64,000 bases of DNA, from positions 2,752,001 to 2,816,000 of the forward strand of contig CAWJMB010000002.1 of NCBI GenBank assembly GCA_963843845.1. The letters are read 5' to 3'. This document shows positions 56,596-64,000 of this stretch, piece by piece; position 1 is the first letter of the stretch, and every line of letters begins with the position of its first letter. A model generated the notes under the pieces. That model searched no databases. It saw only the letters and a list, made by a program, of their open reading frames with translations, and was not told where the DNA came from. Position numbers and translations under genes: made by a program. The stretch is from an uncultured Gemmatimonadaceae bacterium (GTDB lineage: Bacteria; Gemmatimonadota; Gemmatimonadetes; Gemmatimonadales; Gemmatimonadaceae).

Positions 56596-59500
56596 GGACC
56601 TGGCGGCCCGGCTGCGGGTCCTCACGCTCCGGGCGCTCGGGACGCGCTGGTGCGGCGTGGGCTCGCCCGCGGGCTGATGGCGCGACGGCCGGCTCCCCGA
56701 CGGGGCGCCGGGGTTCACGGACAGCCTCACGGCGGACCTGCTCGACCACGGGTACCTTGTGCTCTCGCAGGCGCTCCGGCTCCGCGAGCGCGGGGGGTCG
56801 ACCTCCGACGTCGAGCACGGGCTGCGCGTCGCGGCGAGAGCATCGAATCCGCCGTCCGCCGGGGCGGTCGCGACGCGGACCGTGACTTTCACCTGGTGGT
56901 CGCCGCCTGCGCGTTCCACCTGTCGCACTTCGGGGCCCGCGCGTACTGCCTCGTACCGCCGCTGGAGGCGAACCCGAACTTGTCAGTGCCGGAGCTCGCG
57001 TTGGTCACGCTGCTTCGCCGCGACCTCGGGACGCTGCGCGCGATGTGCGCGCGCTCGCGACGACCGCCACCAGGACGCCGCCCTGGCTGCGCGGCTCGCG
57101 CGCGACGGCATGGATGCACTGGATGAGGTCGAGCGCATCGCGGTGACCGCGAACTTCGTCCGGTCGCTCGCCACGTTCCTCTCAGCCCTGGATCGCGGCG
57201 ACGCAACCCTGGCCGTTGCCGCCATCCGGAGCTTCGCCGAGGGCAGCGAGGCCGCGGCAATAATCCGACACGTGCCGCTCTGGTGGGCGTGCACCTTGGC
57301 CCGCCACCTCACCGACGGCCTGTGGGGCAACAGCCTCCACGTGCGGATCCCGCTGGAGATCGACGGCCCTCCGGCAACCCGGTGGCGATCGCTTCGTCGG
57401 CGCTACATCGACGTCCTCCGCGGGCGTGGGACGGCGGAGGTGGACCTCTGGCCGTCGCAGTGGGAGGCCGCGTCCCGCTGCGTGGACCCTGCCGACGACT
57501 TGGTGGTGGCGCTGCCGACGAGTGCCGGCAAGACGCGGGTGGCCGAACTGTGCATCCTCCGCACCCTTGCGGACGAACGCCGCGTCATCTACGTCACGCC
57601 GCTGCGGGCGCTGTCGGCGCAGTTGGAGCGAACGCTCTCCCGTACTTTCCGTCCGCTCGGCCACTCAGTCACGGCGCTCTACGGTGCGAGCGGCGTCGCG
57701 GCGGCCGACGTCGCCACCCTGCGCGACGCCGACATCGTGGTCGCCACCCCCGAGAAGCTCGACTTCGCGTTGCGGGTGGATCCATCGGTGCTCGACAACG
57801 TCGGCTTGGTCGTGCTGGACGAAGGGCACATGATCGGACTCGGGACGCGCGAGATTCGGTACGAGGTGCTCGTGCAGCGCCTGCTGCGGCGTCCGACGCC
57901 GCCGCCCGGCGGATCGTTTGCCTCTCGGCCATCTTCGGCCCGGCTGGCGCCGGCCGTGACGAACGGGCGGGTGGCGACGGAGCCGCCGCCCGCGACCCGC
58001 ACGATGACGAACCGCAGGGCGGTCGAGGAGACGGGAACGGTATGCCCGCCCCGGCCGCCACCGACGGGGCGGTCGGCGGGGCGTTCGCGGATTTCACGGC
58101 GTGATCCGAGGCGATGCCCCCGGCGCCGCGATCATGTCGTCGTGGCGGCCGACCCGCCAGCGAACCGGCGTGCTGCGCTGGAACGGGACGGCGGGACGAC
58201 TCGCTGGCAGTGGACGAGGAGGAGCCATACGTCCCGGGGTTCGTGCGCACGGAGCCCCCGCTGGGTCAGCGACGCAACGGCTTCCCGCAGAACGACGCGG
58301 AGTTCGTGCTGGCGGCCGCCAAGGCCTTCCTCGCGGACGAGCACCGCGTGTTGATCTACTGTCCCCCAGCGACGGTCGGTAGAGTCGCTCGGGGCGGCGT
58401 ATCTCACGGTCGCGCGGCAGGGGCACTTCGCGGTCGAGGTCCCCGACGCCGGCGCGCTCGCGCGGGCGCTCCGCATCGGACGGGAGTGGTTGGGCCCGGA
58501 GCACGTCGCGCTCCGCGCTCTCGAGCGAGGTGTCGCGCTGCACCACGGGTCGTTGCCCCGGCCCTTCCTCTCGGAGGTGGAGGATCTGTTGCAGCGTCGC
58601 ATAATCCGATCGTGATCGCCTCGCCGACGCTGGCGCAGGGCATCGACCTGTCATGCAGCGTACTGCTCTTCCGGTCCATCTACCGGGTCGGGAACCGGCC
58701 CATCGAACCCGAGGAGTTCGCGAACGTTGTTGGCCGGGCAGGCCGTGCCCACGTGGACCTCGATGGCGTGACGGTCTTCCCCGTATTCGAGCAGGGCTCG
58801 AAGGGCGGGCGCCGTGCGTGGGAGTTCCGACAGCTCGTTCAGTCGTCGGCCGCCCGGCGCTTGGAGAGTGGCCTCGTGTTGCTCGTCGAACGTCTCATCG
58901 AGTTGCTCGGCGAGGCACTCGGCGCATCGGCCGAGGACGTCCGGGCGTACGTGTTGGACGTCGGAGCAGGCTGGGACGTGCCGGTGTACGCGCTGGATCC
59001 GCAGGGCGTGCCGACCGATGTCGAGCTGATGGCGCCCGCGTTGGCCGAGCTCGACGCCGCCATCCTCGCTAGCGTGGAAAACCTCGAGTGCGCGATCGAG
59101 ACGCTGGCAGACGCGCTCGACACGGCGTTGCGTGCCTCGCTCTGGCGCGGCGCCTGCGCACGCGCACGGACCAAGCGGCCGGCCTCGCGCGCGACGTGCT
59201 CGTCGGCAGAGCACGGTGGCTGTGGACGCGTACGACGCCTGCGGCGCGACGCGCGTACCATGCGGCGGGGCTCGGGTACGCCGCCGGGCAGTTCCTGGAC
59301 GCCCAGCGCGACACGCTCGTCCCGCTGCTGCTGTCGGCGGAGGGGGCGCTGCTCCGCGGCGCGGCGGCCGAGGCGGCGCACGCCCTCGTCGCGTTCGCGC
59401 GCCACGTGCGTGCAGTGCCACCGTTCGAGTTCGAGGATGCTCCAGGGGTTCGGGAGGCCGCGCTCAGCGCGTGGGTGACGGGCGACCTGGTGAGCGCCCC

Positions 59501-60141
59501 GCCGCTCGCCGGTGACGCGAGCGAGATCGTCGCCTTCCTGCAGGGCGACGTCGTCTACCGGTTGGTGTGGGCCGCGGAGGCGGTGCGCCTGCACGCGGTG
59601 CAGACCGGCGTCCCCGACGCCGAACTGCTGGACGGGACGGTAGCCGCGACGCTGACCTACGGGCTGCCCACGGCGCCGGGGATCGTGCTCGCTCAGGCCG
59701 GCTTGTCGTCGCGGACCATGGTGCAGCGTCTCGTCGCGGCGTTCCCGACGGGCCTCAGCGGTCCGGATGACATCGCTGACTGGATCGCGGCCCACCGGGG
59801 CGTGATCAACGCGCCGGGGTACTGGCAGGACACCGAGACCGAGGCGCTCTGGCAGGCGTTCGTCGGTCGGTGGATCGACCGGGCACCTGGCCGATGGGGT
59901 GACCGCCGGACCGAAGTCGGCGTCGAGTGGCGGTCCCCCCGGCAAGCCCCCGAGACTGGCGCGTCGGTGTCTCTGGTGCACGACCCCGTGGACAACGTGA
60001 CGTACGTCTGCGCGGAAGACCTGACGCACCTCGGACGGCTCCGATCTCCCGTCCGGCGCGGACCAGCGAACCGCCGTCACCGGCGTGGTGGCCAGAGATC
60101 GCGGACGCGTCTCGATCACAGGGTTCATGCCTGCCCGATAG
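56579..60141 (+). CDS. hamB: Hachiman HamB Ski2-like SF2 helicase (frameshifted)
   Basis: LWPSQ, LPTSAGKTRVAE, PLRALSAQ, TPEK, DEGH, VALHHG, SPTLAQGIDL, NVVGRAGRA. Confidence 0.83.
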
Positions 60142-60927
60142 CGGGCGCTCGCACGTCGCGGCAGCGCGGACGTGCCACCGCTCCCCGCGGCGTGACCGTA
60201 GCGCACCCTGTGCGCGTACCGTCCCCGCCTGGACTCGCGCGCCTGTCGGGCGCCGGTCAGTGGGCCACCCTCTGGGCCGGCGGCCGGGGAACCCAGGGAT
60301 CCTGCGCGATCAGAGGCGTCCTCTAGGAATCGTGGCGCCCAGCCGTGGGTGCGGGTCCGTGACGTCTTCCTGAGCGAGCGGGCGACGGGCGGGGCACGTG
60401 ACGCCGCGCTGGCCGAGGCGGCGTCGGCCGAGGCGCCGCACACCATGCTGTGCTCGGGATGCGCTACTGGAGATCGCAGCACGGCGCTGCGCGCCCTGCA
60501 GGCCGCCCGTGGCAAGTGGGCACCCAAGCGAGCGACCATGGAGGTCCTGCGGTACGCCGTCCGTCTCAGGACTAGCGACCCCGGCATTCTGGCTCATCTT
60601 GATGGGCGCACGGGCTTCTGCTCGATCCCAGCGTCGGGCCCGGGCGGCGTGGTGCGCGGCGCGCCTGCCGGGGACCTTGAACTCGACCGGTGCGCCATGC
60701 CGATGCTCGGGCTGGGCACCCCGGGCCCATGACCCTGGGGCGCGCTTTGGGCAGCCAGGCTCCCACCTGGGGGTCCAGGACCCCAGAGCGGCAGCGAGCG
60801 TGCGTTCCACCGATGGGGAGACACAGACGGGCACGTCCCTGGCGCGAAGGCAGGAGCACCCCGTGCGGCACCGCACCATCGGACACGAAGTACACCCTCG
60901 GCTAGCCCCGCCTCACCTTCAGCCCCG

Positions 60928-63342
60928 ATGGACAAGCAGGCCCTCTCCGAGCAGGACGTCCGCACGCAAGTACATCATCGCCTGCGATCCACGCGGCCGG
61001 CTGGGACGTGATGCGCCAGGTCCGCGAGGAGGTCGAGCTCACCAAGGGCCGCGTGATCGTGCGGGGAAAGCTCGTCGGCCCGCGGGGAGGGCGAAGCGCG
61101 CCGACTACGTCCTCTTCCCAAGCCCGACCTCCCGCTCGCCGTCGTCGAGGCCAAGGACAACAACCACAGCGTCGGCGCCGGGATGCAGCAGGCGCTCGGC
61201 TACGCCGAGCATGCTCGACGTGCCGTTCGTCTTCAGCTCGAACGGCGACGGCTTCCTCTTCCACGACCGCACGGGCCCGAGCCGGCGATCGAGACGCGAG
61301 TCTGGCGCTCGACGAGTTCCCGTCGCCGGCGGAGCTCTGGCGCCGCTACCGCGCGTGGAAGGGGCTCGACGCCGACGCCGAAGCGCATCGTCACGCAGGA
61401 CTACCACGCCGATGGCAGCGGCAAGGAGCCGCGCTACTACCAGCGTCAGGCCATCAACCGCGACGTCGAGGCGGTCGCCAAGGGACAGAACCGCGTGCTG
61501 CTGGTGATGGCGACCGGCACCGGCAAGACGTACACCGCCTTCCAGATCATCTGGCGGCTGTGGAAGGCCGGCGCGAAGAAGCGGATCCTGTTCCTCGCCG
61601 ACCGCAACATCCTCGTCGACCAGACGAGAGACGAACGACTTCAAGCCGTTCGGCGAGGCGATGACGAAGATCACGCAACCGCACAGGTCGACAAGTCGCT
61701 ACGAGATCTACCTCTGCGCTCTACCAGGCCATCACGGGCGACGAGGAGCGCGCAACATCTACAAGGAGTTCTCGCCGCGACTTCTTCGACCTGATCGTCG
61801 ATCGACGAGTGCCACCGCGGGAGCGCCGCCGAGGACTCGGCGTGGCGCGAGATCCTCGACTACTTCTCCGCCGCCGTGCAGCTCGGCATGACGGCGACGC
61901 CCAAGGAGACGAAGACGTCTCGAACATCCACTACTTCGGCGAGCCGGTCTACACCTACTCGCTCAAGCAGGGCATCGAGGACGGCTTCCTCGCGCCGTAC
62001 AAGGTGGTCCGCGTCGACCTCGACAAGGACCTGCCGGCTGGCGCCCCGAGAAGGGCAAGCGCGACAAGCACGGCGAGGTGATCGAGGACCGCATCTACAA
62101 CCAGCGCGACTTCGACCGCGACGCTGGTCCTCGACGAGCGCACCAAGCTCGTGGCGCGCGAAGGTCACCGAGTACCTCAAGGGACCGGAACCGCTTCGCC
62201 AAGACGATCGTCTTCTGCGAGGACATCGACCACGCCGAGCGGATGCGGCAGGCGCTCGTCAACGAGAACCCCGACCTGGCCGCGGCCAGAACCGCACGCT
62301 ACGTCATGCGCATCACCGGGCGACGACACCGAGGGCAAGGCGGCACCTCGACAACTTCATCGACCCCGAGGAGCGCTACCCGGTGATCGCGACCACGTCG
62401 GAGCTGATGACGACCGGCGTCGACGCCCAGACCTGCAAGCTGATCGTGCTCGACCAGCGCATCCAGTCGATGACCGAGTTCAAGCAGATCATCGGCCGCG
62501 GCACCCGCATCAACGAGGACACGGCAAGCTCTGCTTCACCATCCTCGACTTCCGCAAGGCGACCGAGCTGTTCGCCGACCCCGACTTCGACGGCGACCCG
62601 GTGCAGATCTACGAGCCCGGCGAGCGACGACCCGATCGTGCCGCCCGACGACGGATCGACGCCGACGACGGCCGAGACGCCGATCGACGGATGCCCGCCT
62701 CGGACGCCGGACGGCCGGGCGGCGACGGCGACGCCGGACGACGATGCCGGCCGCGGCCCGGCAGCGCAAGTACGTCGTCGGCGGACGTGCCGGTCAGCGT
62801 CGTCGCCGAGCGCGTCCAGTACTACGGCCCGGACGGCAAGCTCATCACCGAGTCGCTGCGCGACTACACGCGCAGCGCGTCCGCGAGGAGTACGCCATCG
62901 CTCGACGACTTCCTGAAGCGCTGGAGGCCAGCCGACCGCAAGCAGGCGATCATCAACGAGCTCGACGAGCAGGGCGTCTTCTTCGAGGCGCTCGCCGAGG
63001 ACGTAGGTAAGGCACGACTCGACCCCTTCGACCTCGTCTGCCACGTCGCCTTCGATCAGCCGCCGCTCACCCGCCGTGAGCGCGCCGACAACGTGCGCAA
63101 GCGCGACTACTTCGCCAAGTACGGCGACGAAGGCCCGCGCGTCCTCGAGGCGCTGCTCGACAAGTACGCCGACGAAGGCGTCGACGACCATCGAGGACAT
63201 CGAGCGTGCTCAAGGTCGCAGCCGCTCGACCGCGCATCGGCACCCCGATCGAAATCGTCGCAGCGCTTCGGCGGCACGGACCGGCTACACTGCAGGCCGT
63301 CAGCGAGCTCGAAGAGCGAGCTCTACAAGCAACGCACGCTGA
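60928..63342 (+). CDS. hsdR: Type I restriction enzyme R subunit (EcoAI-like), frameshifted
   Basis: ADYVL...[45 protein letters not shown], EcoEI-type C-terminus. Confidence 0.93.
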
Positions 63343-63358
63343 CCGACAGTGACCACCC

Positions 63359-64000
63359 ATGTCGCATCGGCACCACCATCAAGTCGCATCCAGGACATCA
63401 TGCGCAAGGACGCCGGCATCGACGGCGACGCCCAGCGCATCGGCCAGCTCGGCTGGATGCTCTTCCTCAAGATCTTCGACGACCGCGACGCGGAGCGGAG
63501 CTGCTCGGGACGAGCCTACGTCTCGCCGATCCCGGCGCGGCTCCGCTGGCGCACTGGGCCGCGGACGCGGAAGGGCATCACCGGCGACGCGCTGCTCGAC
63601 TTCGTCAACAACGACCTGTTCCCGACGCTCAAGGAGCTCGCCGACTCGACGCGGCAAGACGCGGCGATCGCGGCGCGTCGTCCGCAGCGTCTTCGAGGAC
63701 GCCTACAACTACATGAAGAGCGGGCACGCTGCTGCGGCAGGTCGTCAACAAGATCAACGAGATCGACTTCAACCGCTCGAGCGACCGGCACCTGTTCGGC
63801 GACATCTACGAGCAGATCCTAAGGACCTCCAGAGCGCCGGCAACGCGGGCGAGTACTACACGCCGCGCGCCGTCACGCAGTTCATGGTCGACCGAGATGA
63901 CGCCCCGCAGCTCGGCGAGACGGTGCTCGACCCGGCGTGCGGCACGGGCGGCTTCCTCACCTGCGCCATCGAGCACGTGCGCAGGCAGCTACGTCCGGAC
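63359..64000 (+). CDS. hsdM: Type I R-M methyltransferase M subunit (partial)
   Basis: IQDIMRKDAGIDGDAQRIGQLGWMLFLKIFDD, GEYYTPR, DPACGTGGFL. Confidence 0.93.
   Translation, partial: MSHRHHHQVASRTSCARTPASTATPSASASSAGCSSSRSSTTATRSGAARDEPTSRRSRRGSAGALGRGRGRASPATRCSTSSTTTCSRRSRSSPTRRGKTRRSRRVVRSVFEDAYNYMKSGHAAAAGRQQDQRDRLQPLERPAPVRRHLRADPKDLQSAGNAGEYYTPRAVTQFMVDRDDAPQLGETVLDPACGTGGFLTCAIEHVRRQLRPD

Noticed and set aside
60142..60927. Gene or transposon right end between hamB and hsdR
   Set aside because: No convincing ORF, and no TTACGA-type repeat array or terminal IR found by eye.

Overview
Very GC-rich bacterial DNA. Gemmatimonadota-like origin is inferred from gene content (PEP-CTERM proteins, DUF305/LVIVD pair) and is not proven. 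Many single-base frameshifts occur even in housekeeping genes (pgm, treZ, hsdR), so this looks like an unpolished long-read assembly. Genes were reconstructed across frames by hand and some boundaries are approximate. About 1-28.4 kb is ordinary chromosome: Ser/Thr kinase, pgm, MATE, DUF305 + LVIVD, two PEP-CTERM proteins, glycosyltransferase, glycogen debranching enzyme, treZ, ABC/M1-peptidase, GntR, DUF2382, ECF sigma/anti-sigma, serine hydrolase. About 28.6-64 kb is a defence/mobile island. Its recognisable parts are a HEPN-MNT toxin-antitoxin pair, an IS3 remnant, a Lamassu-type ABC three-component system, IS21, an SF1 helicase, Hachiman (hamAB) and a type I R-M system. The least explained parts are: (i) a four-gene Tn7/Mu-like operon with an apparently split TnsB, a TnsC-like ATPase and a large unknown protein where TniQ is expected, with a candidate transposon end at about 30.7 kb; (ii) a HEXXH metallopeptidase coupled to a HicA domain with no HicB; (iii) a convergent pair of unknown paralogs around a PD-(D/E)xK-like gene; (iv) a coupled operon of an HNH-like gene, an unknown gene and an EEP gene.
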